Notes: generated by a model from the letters alone, not told the origin. 64,000 bases of DNA from Alphaproteobacteria bacterium (GCA_964291675.2 OZ219865.1:288001-352000), one strand, 5' to 3'. Counted from the stretch's first letter, positions 1-10,134 are shown. A program made the numbers and translations.

Positions 1-1
1 G

Positions 2-370
2 GCCGACATCCGGGTGCTGGACTACGGCCCCGGGCAGCTCGCCGCCCTGCTCGACCGGGTGGGGTTCTACCGCCCGGCGCGGGTCAGCGCGGGCGCGCTG
101 CGCGGCCACGACCGCGACAGCCCGCAGATCGGCGTGCTGAACGTGATCGCCACCCATGCGAACACACCGGACGACACGGTGGGCCGGCTCGCCCGGCTGA
201 TGGCGTCGGGGCACGCGCGCCTCGCCGAACTGAACCCGCTGTTCGACGGTCTGGGCGCCCTGTTCGATCCGCTGCGCGAGGCGGGCGAGGCGGGGCTCGC
301 GATCGACGGCGTCCCCCTCCACCCCGGCGCCGCGGCTTCCTACCGCGCGCTCGGGCTGGTCGGGTCCTGA
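2..370 (+). CDS. TAXI-family TRAP transporter solute receptor, C-terminal part (truncated by window edge)
   Basis: C-terminal 'GVPLHPGAAASY' resembles TAXI termini, including the TAXI at 59820-60788. Confidence 0.7.
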   Translation, partial: ADIRVLDYGPGQLAALLDRVGFYRPARVSAGALRGHDRDSPQIGVLNVIATHANTPDDTVGRLARLMASGHARLAELNPLFDGLGALFDPLREAGEAGLAIDGVPLHPGAAASYRALGLVGS

Positions 371-1359
371 GCGCCGGCGAACTCGCGCACGAGGTCGAGC
401 GCCAGCGCCTTGTTCTCCGGGGTGCCGCTGATCTGCAGAATCGGCTCCTCGATCCCGGCATCGAGATAGCGGGCGAGGGACCTGCGGCAGTCGGAAGGGG
501 TGCCGCCGGCGCAGAACGCCTCGATCGCCTCGTCGGGGATCATCGCCGCCGCCTGGGCGAGGTCGCGGCGTCCGACCGCGTCCATGATCGCCGCGTGGTC
601 GATGGGGAGCCCCGAACTCGCGATGTTGTCGGCGTGGCCGGCGCTGCGGAACAGATAGGCGAGCTTGGTCTTCAGGTCGTCCACCGCCGCCCGGCCGTCG
701 GGCGATACCGAGAAGTAGATCAGGCTCGCCCGGCGGAGCGAGTGGCGGTCCCGTCCCGCCGCCGCCGCGCCCTCGTCGGCGAAGGCGAGGCAGCGCCGGG
801 TCGATTCGAGGGTGAGCCCGCCCGACAGCAGCACCCCGTCGGCGATCCGCCCGGACAGGCGCAGCACCTGCGGGCCGGTCGAGGCGACGTAGATCGGCAG
901 CGGCGCCGGCGGGGCGAAGTTCATGTAGGCGCCGTCGAGGCGGTAGGCCGGCCCGTCGCGCATCACCCGCTCGCCGGTCCAGAGCGCGCGGAGGTCGGCC
1001 ACCATGTCGCCGATGGCGGCGACCGGGCGCACCGGCTCGTGGCCCGATTCCTTGAGGTTGAGCAGATTGCCGACCGATACCGCGACGGCGACGCGCCCCG
1101 GCGCCAGCTCCGCCAGCGTCGCCAGCGCCATCGCGGTCGGCGTCGGGTGCCAGAGATAGGGGCTGATCGCGGTCGGCACCAGCCGCACCGTCTCCGTCGC
1201 CCCGGCGATCGCCGCGCAGGCGGTCACCGCCTCGCGCCAGCCCATGTGCTCGGCGACCCAGACGCTCGCGGCGCCCGCGGCCTCCGCGCCCCGGGCGAGG
1301 CGGATCATCTCGCGCGCGTCGTCGAATCCGTCGAAGACGACGCCCATCTCGACCGTCAT
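340..1359 (-). CDS. LLM-class (luciferase-like) flavin/F420-dependent oxidoreductase
   Basis: 'SVWVAEH', 'PIYVASTGPQVLRLSGRIADGVLL'; ATG at 1359 with GGAGGA RBS. Confidence 0.85.
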   Translation of the reverse strand: MTVEMGVVFDGFDDAREMIRLARGAEAAGAASVWVAEHMGWREAVTACAAIAGATETVRLVPTAISPYLWHPTPTAMALATLAELAPGRVAVAVSVGNLLNLKESGHEPVRPVAAIGDMVADLRALWTGERVMRDGPAYRLDGAYMNFAPPAPLPIYVASTGPQVLRLSGRIADGVLLSGGLTLESTRRCLAFADEGAAAAGRDRHSLRRASLIYFSVSPDGRAAVDDLKTKLAYLFRSAGHADNIASSGLPIDHAAIMDAVGRRDLAQAAAMIPDEAIEAFCAGGTPSDCRRSLARYLDAGIEEPILQISGTPENKALALDLVREFAGAQDPTSPSAR

Positions 1360-1436
1360 TGCTGTCCTCCGGCGCTCCACGCTTGATGGCGGCCGCCCCG
1401 CCTGTGATCCTGCCGCCGTAACGGAAGGGCGGGGCC

Positions 1437-1751
1437 ATGCTCTACATCATCTACCAGATCGACAAGCCCGGTTCGGAAGACATCCGGGCGCGAACCCGGG
1501 AAGACCACTTCGCCTATCTCGACGCGCATGAGGATATCCTGGTGCTCGGCGGCGCGCTGCTCGGCGAGGACGGCAGGACCCGCACCGGCAGCGTGCTGAT
1601 CGTCAACGTGCCCTCGCGCGAGGCGGCCGAGGCGTTCTCCAACGACGAGCCCTTCCGCAAGGCCGGCCTGTTCGAGCGGGTCGAGATCAACCGCATGCGC
1701 CGGGGGCAGTGGAACCCGGAGGCGGCGCCCAAGACCGCCGAGGGGAACTGA
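1437..1751 (+). CDS. YciI family protein
   Basis: 104 aa; 'R..HFAYL', 'GSVLIV', 'DEPFRKAGLF' YciI pattern. Confidence 0.85.
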   Translation: MLYIIYQIDKPGSEDIRARTREDHFAYLDAHEDILVLGGALLGEDGRTRTGSVLIVNVPSREAAEAFSNDEPFRKAGLFERVEINRMRRGQWNPEAAPKTAEGN

Positions 1752-1758
1752 GGCCGGG

Positions 1759-2517
1759 TCAGGCGGCGATCCCCTCGGGCAGCGGGTCGCGCTCGCCGAG
1801 CACCGCCGTGCGCCAGATCTCGTTCATGCAGGCCCAGCGCGTCTTGACCGCGACGGTGGCGATCTCGACCGCGCGGGCGGCCATCTCCTCGGTGCTGATC
1901 AGCCGCTCGACGAGCTGGATCTGGCGGCTCGAATGGTCGGCGTCGGCGATGTAGTGCTCGGCGAAGAACCCGATCGCCGGGTGGTCGATCTCCATCCCGT
2001 GGAACTTCCTGAAGGCGGGCAGGGTGCGTTCGCCGTTGATCGCCGGCTGCTGCCCCTCCTGGGTCGACTGCATGGCGACGATCACCGGAAACGCCTCGTC
2101 GCGCACCGTCGCGAGGTAGAAATAGGACCGCGCCCGCCAGGCCGGTAGCTGCTCGGTCGCGCGCACCTCGTCGTCGGTCATGCCGGCATGGCGGCAATAG
2201 CGGAAGATCAGCTCCATGTGGTCGTGCGGCGCGCGGTCCTCGCCCGGGCCGGCGACCAGCCCCTCCTCCTCGGCCAGGTTCTCCAGGATGAAGCGCCGCC
2301 CCTCGGGCGGCGCCTTGGCGTAGATCAGCCCGAAGCTCGGCAGGGCGCGGACGACATGCTGACAGTGCTGCGCCATCAGCTTTCCCATCGCCTCCAGCCC
2401 GACGCTCCCGTCGTGGAAGCCGAGATAGAACGGGTGGTCCTTGGTATGCCAGGTCTCGCGCAGGGCGACGATCTCGGCCGCCGTCCGCCTTCCGATCGGG
2501 TTCGCCGCGCCGTCCAT
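1759..2517 (-). CDS. Heme-oxygenase-like diiron enzyme (PqqC/CADD-like)
   Basis: 'HPFY', 'ENLAEEEG', 'HDHMEL', 'QEGQQP', 'FFAEHYIADADHS' metal-ligand pattern; RBS before ATG 2517. Confidence 0.75.
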   Translation of the reverse strand: MDGAANPIGRRTAAEIVALRETWHTKDHPFYLGFHDGSVGLEAMGKLMAQHCQHVVRALPSFGLIYAKAPPEGRRFILENLAEEEGLVAGPGEDRAPHDHMELIFRYCRHAGMTDDEVRATEQLPAWRARSYFYLATVRDEAFPVIVAMQSTQEGQQPAINGERTLPAFRKFHGMEIDHPAIGFFAEHYIADADHSSRQIQLVERLISTEEMAARAVEIATVAVKTRWACMNEIWRTAVLGERDPLPEGIAA

Positions 2518-2653
2518 ATTCTTCCTCCCGGGCCTCGTCCGCCGCCCAGCGTGATAGCCAACCGGGCGGGGCCGTTCAACCGGCCGCGGCTGGACAAAGC
2601 GGCCCCGATATGGGCGTCTAGCGCGCACCGGCAGCGACGGAGGCGGACAGGCG

Positions 2654-4105
2654 ATGAGCTATGACGGGCTGAGGCCCTATCTCCAGGTCCTGGAGCAGCG
2701 GGGCATGATGCGCTGGGTCGACAAGGAGGTCGACAAGGACTGGGAGATCTCGGCCGTGCTGCGGATGATCTTCCGCGCGATGTCGGAACAGAATCGCTAC
2801 GGCATCGGCTTCCGCAACATCAAGAACTATCCCGGCGGGCGCGTCGTCGCCGGCGTGGTGGCGTCCTCGCGCGAGATGATCGCCACCGCGATCGGCTGCG
2901 AGCCCGACTTCGCGGCCATCCACCGCAAGGTGATCGAGGGCATCGCCAACCCGATCGAGCCGGTGATCGTCGACGACGGACCGTGCAAGGAGGTCGTGGT
3001 GTCGGGCGGCGACGTGGATCTCAACGCGCTGCCCATCCCGGTATGGACGCCGGAGAAGGACGCGGGCCCCTATCTCACGCCCCTCTGGGTGACCAAGGAC
3101 CCGGACGACGGGCGGCGCAATATCGGCATCCGGCGCTGCCAGATAAAGGGCCGGGACAAGACCGGCATATTGTTCGGCGCGCCCGACCGCGGCGGCGCCA
3201 TCCACTGGGAGAAGTGGAAGGCCCGCGGCAGGAGCATGCCGGCGGCGATCTTCATCGGCGGCGACCCGGTGCAGTACGTGGTGGCGCCGGCGCGCTACGG
3301 CGCCGACGAGCTCGCGGTCGCCGGCGGCATCCGCGGCGAGGCGATCCCGATGGTGCGCTGCGAGACCGTCGATCTCGAAGTGCCGGCGCATGCCGAGATC
3401 GTCATCGAGGGCGAGGTGCTGACCGATTCGCTCGAACCCGAGGGCCCGTTCGGCGAGTTCACCGGCTACATGGCGGGCGGCCGCCACGCGCCGGTGTTCA
3501 AGGTCAACTGCATCACCCACCGCAAGGACCCCATCCTGCTCGGCATCATCAGCCAGCTCCCGCCGTCGGAGAGCAGCATGATCAAGCGCTCGCTGCTGGA
3601 GGCCGGGCTGAAGAAGCACCTCAGCGAGGATCTGCGCATCCCGGGCATCGCCGACGTGCACGCGCTGGAGGCCGGCGGCTGCACGGCGACGCTGTGGATC
3701 TCGCTGAAGAAGATGTATGCCGGGCATGTCGACCAGGCGGTGTTCGGCAGCTTCGGCCATATGGGGATGAGCTATTTCAAGTGGATCGTCGTCACCGACG
3801 ACGACATCGACATCGAGGACCCGTTCATGCGCGACTGGATCCTCGCCTGGCGGGTCCGCCCGGAGCATGACGTGCGGGTGATCGAGACCCCGGCGGCGGT
3901 CGAGCTCGACCCGTCCTCGTTCGGCCCCGACGCGCCCGAGGGCGGGCAGGCGCCGGGCGCCAAGGTGGTGATCGACGCCACCCGCAAATGGGACTATCCG
4001 GGGATCTCGCTGCCGCCGCTGGAGAAGCTGCGCGAGGTCGCGGCGGGCTGGGAGAGCTACGGCCTGCCGCCGCTCGAGGACCTCAAGCTGCCGCGCGGCG
4101 AGTAG
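2654..4105 (+). CDS. UbiD-family (prFMN-dependent) decarboxylase
   Basis: 'EGPFGEFTGY', 'NIGIRR', 'VVTDDDIDI', 'KVVIDAT'. Confidence 0.9.
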   Translation: MSYDGLRPYLQVLEQRGMMRWVDKEVDKDWEISAVLRMIFRAMSEQNRYGIGFRNIKNYPGGRVVAGVVASSREMIATAIGCEPDFAAIHRKVIEGIANPIEPVIVDDGPCKEVVVSGGDVDLNALPIPVWTPEKDAGPYLTPLWVTKDPDDGRRNIGIRRCQIKGRDKTGILFGAPDRGGAIHWEKWKARGRSMPAAIFIGGDPVQYVVAPARYGADELAVAGGIRGEAIPMVRCETVDLEVPAHAEIVIEGEVLTDSLEPEGPFGEFTGYMAGGRHAPVFKVNCITHRKDPILLGIISQLPPSESSMIKRSLLEAGLKKHLSEDLRIPGIADVHALEAGGCTATLWISLKKMYAGHVDQAVFGSFGHMGMSYFKWIVVTDDDIDIEDPFMRDWILAWRVRPEHDVRVIETPAAVELDPSSFGPDAPEGGQAPGAKVVIDATRKWDYPGISLPPLEKLREVAAGWESYGLPPLEDLKLPRGE

Positions 4106-4108
4106 CGG

Positions 4109-4888
4109 TCAGGGCGCCGGGTCGATCTCGCACCAGACGGGGGTGTGGTCGGACGCCTTGGGCCTGCCGCGCGGCTTGCGGTCGATGCCCGACGCGGACA
4201 GCCGGTCGGCGGCCTGCGGCGACAGCAGCAGGTGGTCGATCAAGAGGCCGAAATCCTTCTGCCAGGCGCCGCCCTGGTAGTCCCAGAAGCTGTAGGAATG
4301 CGGCGCGCGGTTGAAGGCGCGGAAGGCGTCGGTCAGCCCGAGATGGACCAACGCGCGGTAGCGCGAGCGCGACTCCGGCCGGCACAGCGCATCGCCGGCC
4401 CAGCCCTCGGGGTCGTAGCAGTCGCCGTCCGTCGGCACCACGTTGTAGTCGCCGCCCAGCACCAGCGCCTCCTCGTGGCGCAGCAGGTCGCCGACATGCG
4501 CCTTGAGCCGGTCCATCCAGCGCAGCTTGTAGTCGAACTTCTCGCCCGGCGCCGGATTGCCGTTGGGCAGGTAGATCGAAGCCACCCTGAGATCGCCGAC
4601 GAAGGCCTCGATATAGCGCGCCTGATCGTCCTCGGGGTCGCCCGGGAGGCCCGTGCGCACGTCCTCGATCGGCTGTCTGGCGAAGATGCCGACGCCGTTA
4701 AAATTCTTCTGCCCGCGGATCGCGACGTTGTAGCCCGCGTCCTCGATCGCCTCGCGCGGGAAGGTCTCGTCGGTCGCCTTGAGCTCCTGGGCGAGCACGA
4801 TGTCGGGCGAGAACTCGCCCAGCCATTCGAGCACGCGCGGCAGCCGGGCGCGGATCGAGTTGACGTTCCAGGTCGCGATCCGGGTCAT
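4109..4888 (-). CDS. xth: Exodeoxyribonuclease III
   Basis: 'IATWNVNSIRAR', 'QELK', 'YLPNG', 'GDYN', 'SDHTPV'; ATG overlaps erpA stop. Confidence 0.95.
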   Translation of the reverse strand: MTRIATWNVNSIRARLPRVLEWLGEFSPDIVLAQELKATDETFPREAIEDAGYNVAIRGQKNFNGVGIFARQPIEDVRTGLPGDPEDDQARYIEAFVGDLRVASIYLPNGNPAPGEKFDYKLRWMDRLKAHVGDLLRHEEALVLGGDYNVVPTDGDCYDPEGWAGDALCRPESRSRYRALVHLGLTDAFRAFNRAPHSYSFWDYQGGAWQKDFGLLIDHLLLSPQAADRLSASGIDRKPRGRPKASDHTPVWCEIDPAP

Positions 4889-5235
4889 CCGACCGCGAAC
4901 GAGACCCCGCAGCCGCAGGTCGACGCCGCGTTCGGGTTGCGGACGGTGAAATAGGCGCCGACCAGCTCCTCGACATAGTGGATCTCGGCACCGGCCAGGA
5001 ATTCGAGCGAGATGTCGTCGATCACCACCCGCACGCCGTCGCGCGCGAACACGCTGTCGTCGCCGTTGCGGCAATCGTCGAAGTCGAAGCTGTACTGGAA
5101 GCCGGAGCAGCCGCCGCCGCCCACCGCCACCCGGAGCATCTGGCCGGAAGCCTCCCCGGCCGCTTCCAGCTCGCGGATCCGGCGCACCGCCGAATCGCTG
5201 ATCGTGACCGCCGCCGTTTCCGCGCCCTCCGTCAT
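4885..5235 (-). CDS. erpA: Fe-S cluster insertion protein ErpA/IscA (HesB family)
   Basis: 'GGGCSGFQY', 'NPNAASTCGCGVSF'. Confidence 0.9.
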   Translation of the reverse strand: MTEGAETAAVTISDSAVRRIRELEAAGEASGQMLRVAVGGGGCSGFQYSFDFDDCRNGDDSVFARDGVRVVIDDISLEFLAGAEIHYVEELVGAYFTVRNPNAASTCGCGVSFAVG

Positions 5236-5308
5236 GGCTGAATATCTAGGCTTGGGACGACAGGCGGTCAAGTTGGATGCCCGGAACGCGTTCGCTGTCG
5301 TGCCCCCC

Positions 5309-5527
5309 CGTCATGCCCGGACTTGATCCGGGCACCCATGCGGCCTCTCGGCGCGCACGGCGATCGGCCGGGAGGGGCGGTGGCGCCAGTGGGTGCCCGG
5401 AACACCCCCGGACTTGATCCGGGGGCCGGGCATGACGAGAGAGGGGCGGAGATGTTGATGCTCATGGGCGCGCACCCCGGGTCGACAATCTAAACCGGAC
5501 AGCAGTGGAACAAGTCCGGACATGACG
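5309..5527. repeat. CGTC-type REP cluster with an orphan MITE right end (5491-5507)
   Basis: CGTCATGCCCGGACTTGATCCGGGCA hairpins; TAAACCGGACAGCAGTG followed by half-REP GAACAAGTCCGGACATGACG. Confidence 0.9.
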
Positions 5528-5585
5528 AGAAGGCGTTGGCGGGCGCGGAGCGGGAACACGGGTGCGAAAGCGCGAATTCCCAAAA

Positions 5586-5971
5586 CAGGACGCCAAGAAT
5601 TGGCCATATTGGCCAATTTCCGCAACTATCAGGACGCTAGGAATTGGCCATATTGGCCACGACCGATGCGGCCTGGCGTCTCTCGGTACGGCCCACATGG
5701 GAGCGTATCGACGGACGCCCTGCGCCGCGTCGGCGGTTCCATCCGAAAGGGACGGGCTCCGACCCCGGGGTGGACATAACCGTTTTCCGCAACTATCAGG
5801 ACGCTAGGAATTGGCCATATTGGCCACGACCGATGCGGCCTGGCATCGTTAGGTCGGGCCCGCATCGGAGCGTAACGGCGGACGGCCTCCGCCGCGTCGG
5901 CGGTTCCATCCACAGCGGACAGGCGCCGGCCCCGGGGTGGAGATGAACGTTTACGGCAATATCAGGACGCT
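5586..5971. repeat. Tandem ~167-bp duplications including degenerate argS 5' end; three TGGCCATATTGGCCA near-palindromes
   Basis: CGCAACTATCAGGACGCTAGGAATTGGCCATATTGGCCACGACC starts at 5621 and 5788; last unit runs into argS codons 1-10. Confidence 0.85.
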
Positions 5972-7691
5972 TTTCAGGGGGGCGGTCGACGACATCGCCG
6001 CGGAACGCGGCATCTCCGCGCCCGACGCGGATTTCTCGGTCGAGCCGCCGCGCGATGCGCGCCACGGCGAAGTCTCGAGCAATGCCGCCCTGGTGTTCGC
6101 CGGCACGTTGGGCATGAAGCCGCGCGATCTCGCCGATCGCCTGGTCGCGCGGCTCGAAGAGAAGGACGAGATATTCGAGATTTCGGTGGCAGGGCCGGGT
6201 TTCGTCAATCTCGTGCTCGAAGGCGATGTCTGGCGCGATCGGCTGCGCGACATCCTGGCCGCCGGGATCTCCTACGGCGATTCGGAGCTCGGCGCCGGGC
6301 GGCGGGTCAATGTCGAATACGTCTCGGTGAACCCGACCGGGCCGATGCATGTCGGCCACGGACGGGGCGCGGTGGTCGGCGACGCGCTGGCCGCCCTGCT
6401 GGCGAAGGCGGGGTATTCGGTGACCCGCGAGTACTACGTCAACGACGCCGGGGTGCAGGTCGATTTGCTGGCGCGCTCGCTCCATCACCGCTACCGCGAG
6501 GCCGCGGGCGAGGCGCCGGGCGCCATGAGGGAGGATTTCTATCCCGGCGACTATCTCGCCGAGACCGGCGCGGCGCTGCTCGCGCAAGACGGAAAGAAAT
6601 GGCTGGGCGCGGCGGAATCAGACTGGCTGCCGCCGGTCCGCGACTTCGCCATCGAGGCGATGATGGCGCTGATCCGCGACGACCTCGCGGCGCTCGGCGT
6701 CGAGCACGACGTGTTCTCCTCGGAACGGGAGCTCGCGGCCTCCGGCGCGGTGGAACGCACGCTGTCCGAGCTCGACGGGCGCGGGCTGCTGCATGTCGGC
6801 GTGCTCGATCCGCCCAAGGGCAAGGCCGACGAGGACTGGGAGCCCAGGCCGCAGACCCTGTTCCGCTCGACCGCCTTCGGCGACGATTCGGACCGGGCGA
6901 TTCGCAAATCCGACGGCAGCTGGACCTATTTTGCTACCGACATGGCCTATCACCGCGACAAGCTCGAACGCGGCTTCCCGGTGCTGATCGACGTGTGGGG
7001 CGCCGACCACAAGGGCTACGTCAAGCGCATGGAGGCGGCCGTCGAGGCGCTGAGCGCGGGCGAGGCCCGGTTCTCGGTGCTGATCTGCAACCTGGTCAAC
7101 CTGTCCGAGGCGGGCCGGCCGGTAAAGATGTCCAAGCGCGCCGGAACCTATGTGACGCTGCGCGAGGTGGTCGACCGCGTGGGCAAGGACGTGGTCCGCT
7201 TCATCATGCTGACCCGGGGCAACGAGGCCTCGCTCGACTTCGACCTCGCCCGGGCGGTCGAGCAATCGAAGGACAACCCGGTCTTCTACGTGCAATACGC
7301 CCACGCCCGGGCCTGTTCGGCGCTCAGGAACGCGGCCGAGGCGTTCCCGGGCGAGGATTTTTCCGACGCGGCGCTCGGCCGCGCGGCGCTCGACCTGCTG
7401 GAGGACGAAGAGGAGCTTGCGCTGATCCGCAGGCTGGCGGGGTGGCCGCGCACGGTGGAAGCCGCGGCGGAGGCCGCCGAGCCGCACCGCATCGCCTATG
7501 CGCTGTCCGACATCGCCGCTGCGTTCCACGGGCTGTGGAATCTGGGCAATGTCGATGAGTCCCGCCGCTTCGTGGTCGCCGGCGACCCGGCGCTCAGCCG
7601 CGCGCGCCTCGCCTTGGTCCGCGCCACCGCAATCGTCATCGCCTCCGGCCTCGACATCATGGGGGTCGCGCCGGTCGAGGAGATGCGCTGA
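5943..7691 (+). CDS. argS: Arginine--tRNA ligase
   Basis: 'VEYVSVNPTGPMHVGH' (HIGH), 'KMSKR', 'YVQYAHAR'. Confidence 0.97.
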   Translation: MNVYGNIRTLFRGAVDDIAAERGISAPDADFSVEPPRDARHGEVSSNAALVFAGTLGMKPRDLADRLVARLEEKDEIFEISVAGPGFVNLVLEGDVWRDRLRDILAAGISYGDSELGAGRRVNVEYVSVNPTGPMHVGHGRGAVVGDALAALLAKAGYSVTREYYVNDAGVQVDLLARSLHHRYREAAGEAPGAMREDFYPGDYLAETGAALLAQDGKKWLGAAESDWLPPVRDFAIEAMMALIRDDLAALGVEHDVFSSERELAASGAVERTLSELDGRGLLHVGVLDPPKGKADEDWEPRPQTLFRSTAFGDDSDRAIRKSDGSWTYFATDMAYHRDKLERGFPVLIDVWGADHKGYVKRMEAAVEALSAGEARFSVLICNLVNLSEAGRPVKMSKRAGTYVTLREVVDRVGKDVVRFIMLTRGNEASLDFDLARAVEQSKDNPVFYVQYAHARACSALRNAAEAFPGEDFSDAALGRAALDLLEDEEELALIRRLAGWPRTVEAAAEAAEPHRIAYALSDIAAAFHGLWNLGNVDESRRFVVAGDPALSRARLALVRATAIVIASGLDIMGVAPVEEMR

Positions 7692-8428
7692 TGGCGAAGG
7701 CCCCCGCATCGGTCGGCCGCGAGAAACCGGACGGCGGGAGCGGACGGCGGCGGCTGCGCGGGTTGGTTTCCGGCACGGTCGGAGTCGCGGCGCTCGTCGC
7801 CTCGGCCGGATTGCTGCTGCACGCCTACGGCGAGGCGCGGTCGTCGGCGGCCGGGCGGGCCGAATTGCTCATCAGGGCCGAGCCCGGCCCGTTCAAGGTC
7901 AAGCCCGAATCGCCGGGCGGGCGCACCGTTCCCGATCGCGACAAGAAGATCTACGACCGCATCGGGGCGGCGCCCGCCGGCGAGCCCGTCGAACGCCTGC
8001 TGCCCGAACCCGAGGTGCCGCTGCCGCCGGAGCAGGTCCTGGCGGCGAAGACGGACCCTCCGCCCGCGGAGGCGGTGCCGGAGGTCCCGACGCCGATTGC
8101 GCCGGCCGAGACGGCAGCGACGCCGGCACAGCCCAGGGCCGCACCGGCCGAGGCGCCGCCCGCGCCGGCGGTCGAACGGAAATATCGGCTCCAGCTCGCC
8201 GCGCTGCGCTCCAGAGCCGCCGCCGGCAAGGCCTGGAACCGGCTTCGCAGCCAGAACCGCAAGCTCCTCGGGCAACGCGAGCTGGAGATAGAGCGCAAGG
8301 ACCTCGGCCCGCCCAAGGGCGTCTATTACAGGCTTCTCGTCGGGCCGGCGACGGACCGGGAGACGGCGCGGCTGCTATGCGCGGCGCTCGCCAAGCGCAA
8401 GGTCGGCTGCCTTGTCGTGCAGCGCTGA
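7691..8428 (+). CDS. SPOR domain cell-division protein
   Basis: TM helix, Pro/Ala linker, C-terminal 'YRLQLAAL...YYRLLVGP...C..L' SPOR; typical position after argS. Confidence 0.88.
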   Translation: MAKAPASVGREKPDGGSGRRRLRGLVSGTVGVAALVASAGLLLHAYGEARSSAAGRAELLIRAEPGPFKVKPESPGGRTVPDRDKKIYDRIGAAPAGEPVERLLPEPEVPLPPEQVLAAKTDPPPAEAVPEVPTPIAPAETAATPAQPRAAPAEAPPAPAVERKYRLQLAALRSRAAAGKAWNRLRSQNRKLLGQRELEIERKDLGPPKGVYYRLLVGPATDRETARLLCAALAKRKVGCLVVQR

Positions 8429-9419
8429 GCGGGCGCATCCCGCGGCGATCGTGTTCGGCTGCGCCGGCGAGGAGCTGGGGCGCGACGAGCGCGCGCTGTT
8501 CGCCGAGGCCGATCCTCTGGGCTTCATCCTGTTCGCGCGCAATTGCCGCGAGCCCGGGCAGGTGCGGGAGCTGGTCGCGGCGCTGCGCGACAGCGTCGGC
8601 CGGCGGGACGCGCCCGTCCTGATCGACCAGGAAGGCGGCAGGGTGCAGCGCCTCGCGCCGCCGCATTGGCGGCGCCGGCCGCCCTGGCGCGGCTTCGGCG
8701 AGATGGCGGCGGCGAAGGGAATCGGCCGCGCGGTCGCGGCCGCCCGGGCCGCCGCGCGGGAGATCGCCGGCGAGCTCGCCGAGCTCGGGATCGACGTGAA
8801 CTGCCTGCCGCTGCTGGACGTGCCGGCGCCCGGCGGGCACGCGGTGATCGGCGACCGCGCGTTCTCCTCGGATCCGGCGGCGGTCGCCGCGCTCGGGCGC
8901 GCGGTCTGCGAGGGTCTGCTCGCGGGCGGCGTCGTTCCGGTGGTCAAGCACATCCCGGGGCACGGGCGGGCGGCGGTCGACAGCCACCGCGCCCTTCCCG
9001 TGGTCGATGCCTCGGCGGAGGCGCTCGCGGTCGACTTCGCCCCGTTCCGGGCGCTGCGCGACATGCCCTGGGCGATGACCGCCCATGTCGTCTACACCGC
9101 CTTCGACGCGAGCGCGCCGGCGACCCAGTCCCGCGTCGTGGTGGCGCGGGCGGTCCGCGGCGCGATCGGCTTCGACGGTCTGCTGATCTCGGACGATCTC
9201 TGCATGGACGCCCTGTCGGGCGGCCCGGCGGGCCGGGCGCGGGCGGCGCTGGCGGCGGGCTGCGACGCGGTTCTCCACTGCAACGGCGAGCTTGCCGCGA
9301 TGCGCGAGGCGATGGAGGGGGTGGACGCCATGACCGGCCGCGCCATGGCGCGCTTCCGGCGCGGCCGCGCGATGGCAAGCGGCGAAATGCCGCAGGCGGC
9401 ACAAGGCGCGGGCGCATGA
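8412..9419 (+). CDS. nagZ: Beta-N-acetylhexosaminidase (start approximate)
   Basis: 'GFILFARN', 'DQEGGRVQR', 'KHIPGHG...DSH'. Confidence 0.93.
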   Translation: MSCSAERAHPAAIVFGCAGEELGRDERALFAEADPLGFILFARNCREPGQVRELVAALRDSVGRRDAPVLIDQEGGRVQRLAPPHWRRRPPWRGFGEMAAAKGIGRAVAAARAAAREIAGELAELGIDVNCLPLLDVPAPGGHAVIGDRAFSSDPAAVAALGRAVCEGLLAGGVVPVVKHIPGHGRAAVDSHRALPVVDASAEALAVDFAPFRALRDMPWAMTAHVVYTAFDASAPATQSRVVVARAVRGAIGFDGLLISDDLCMDALSGGPAGRARAALAAGCDAVLHCNGELAAMREAMEGVDAMTGRAMARFRRGRAMASGEMPQAAQGAGA

Positions 9420-10096
9420 CGGAGCTGGTATACACCGCCTCGACCTGGGTCCTTCCGGTGCTGATCGCGATCACCCTGCACGAGGCCGCGCACGGCTATG
9501 TCGCCTGGAAGCTCGGCGACGACACCGCGAAGCGGCTGGGCCGGGTGACCTTCAACCCGCTGCGCCATGTCGATCCCTGGGGCACGATCGTCGTGCCGGG
9601 GCTGCTGCTGTCGTTCAGCAATTTCGTCTTCGGCTGGGCGAAGCCGGTACCGGTCGATTTCAGCCGGCTGGAAAGCCCCAGGCGGGACATGGTCTGGGTC
9701 GCCGCGGCGGGACCCGCGGTCAACATCGCGCTGGCGACGGCTTCGGCCGCGCTGCTGCATCTGGTCCCGCTGCTGCCCGGCGCGGTCCAGCTCTGGGTGC
9801 TGGAGAACTTGCAGCACTCGATCCTGATCAACCTGGTGCTCGCGGTGTTCAACCTGCTGCCGCTGCCGCCGCTCGACGGCGGGCGCATCGCGGTCGGGCT
9901 GCTGCCGCTCGGGCTCGCCCGGCCGCTCGCCCGGATGGAGCGATTCGGGCTGTTCGTGATAATAGGCGTCCTGTTCATCCTGCCTTACGCGGGGCGGGAG
10001 CTCGGGGTCGACCTCAACGTCTTCCCCTGGCTGATCGGGACGCCGGTTCGGTTCCTGATGGACGTGATCGCGGGATTCACGGGGCTGGCACCCTGA
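9416..10096 (+). CDS. Site-2 protease (M50 family)
   Basis: 'HEAAH' and 'NLLPLPPLDGG'. Confidence 0.92.
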   Translation: MTELVYTASTWVLPVLIAITLHEAAHGYVAWKLGDDTAKRLGRVTFNPLRHVDPWGTIVVPGLLLSFSNFVFGWAKPVPVDFSRLESPRRDMVWVAAAGPAVNIALATASAALLHLVPLLPGAVQLWVLENLQHSILINLVLAVFNLLPLPPLDGGRIAVGLLPLGLARPLARMERFGLFVIIGVLFILPYAGRELGVDLNVFPWLIGTPVRFLMDVIAGFTGLAP

Positions 10097-10134
10097 TCGA
10101 AGACGCAAATCGGGCGGAGGAGCGGTTTCAGCCG

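Noticed and set aside
5586-5971. CRISPR-like array
   Set aside because: Inter-repeat segments are homologous to each other, the period is 167 bp, and there are no cas genes
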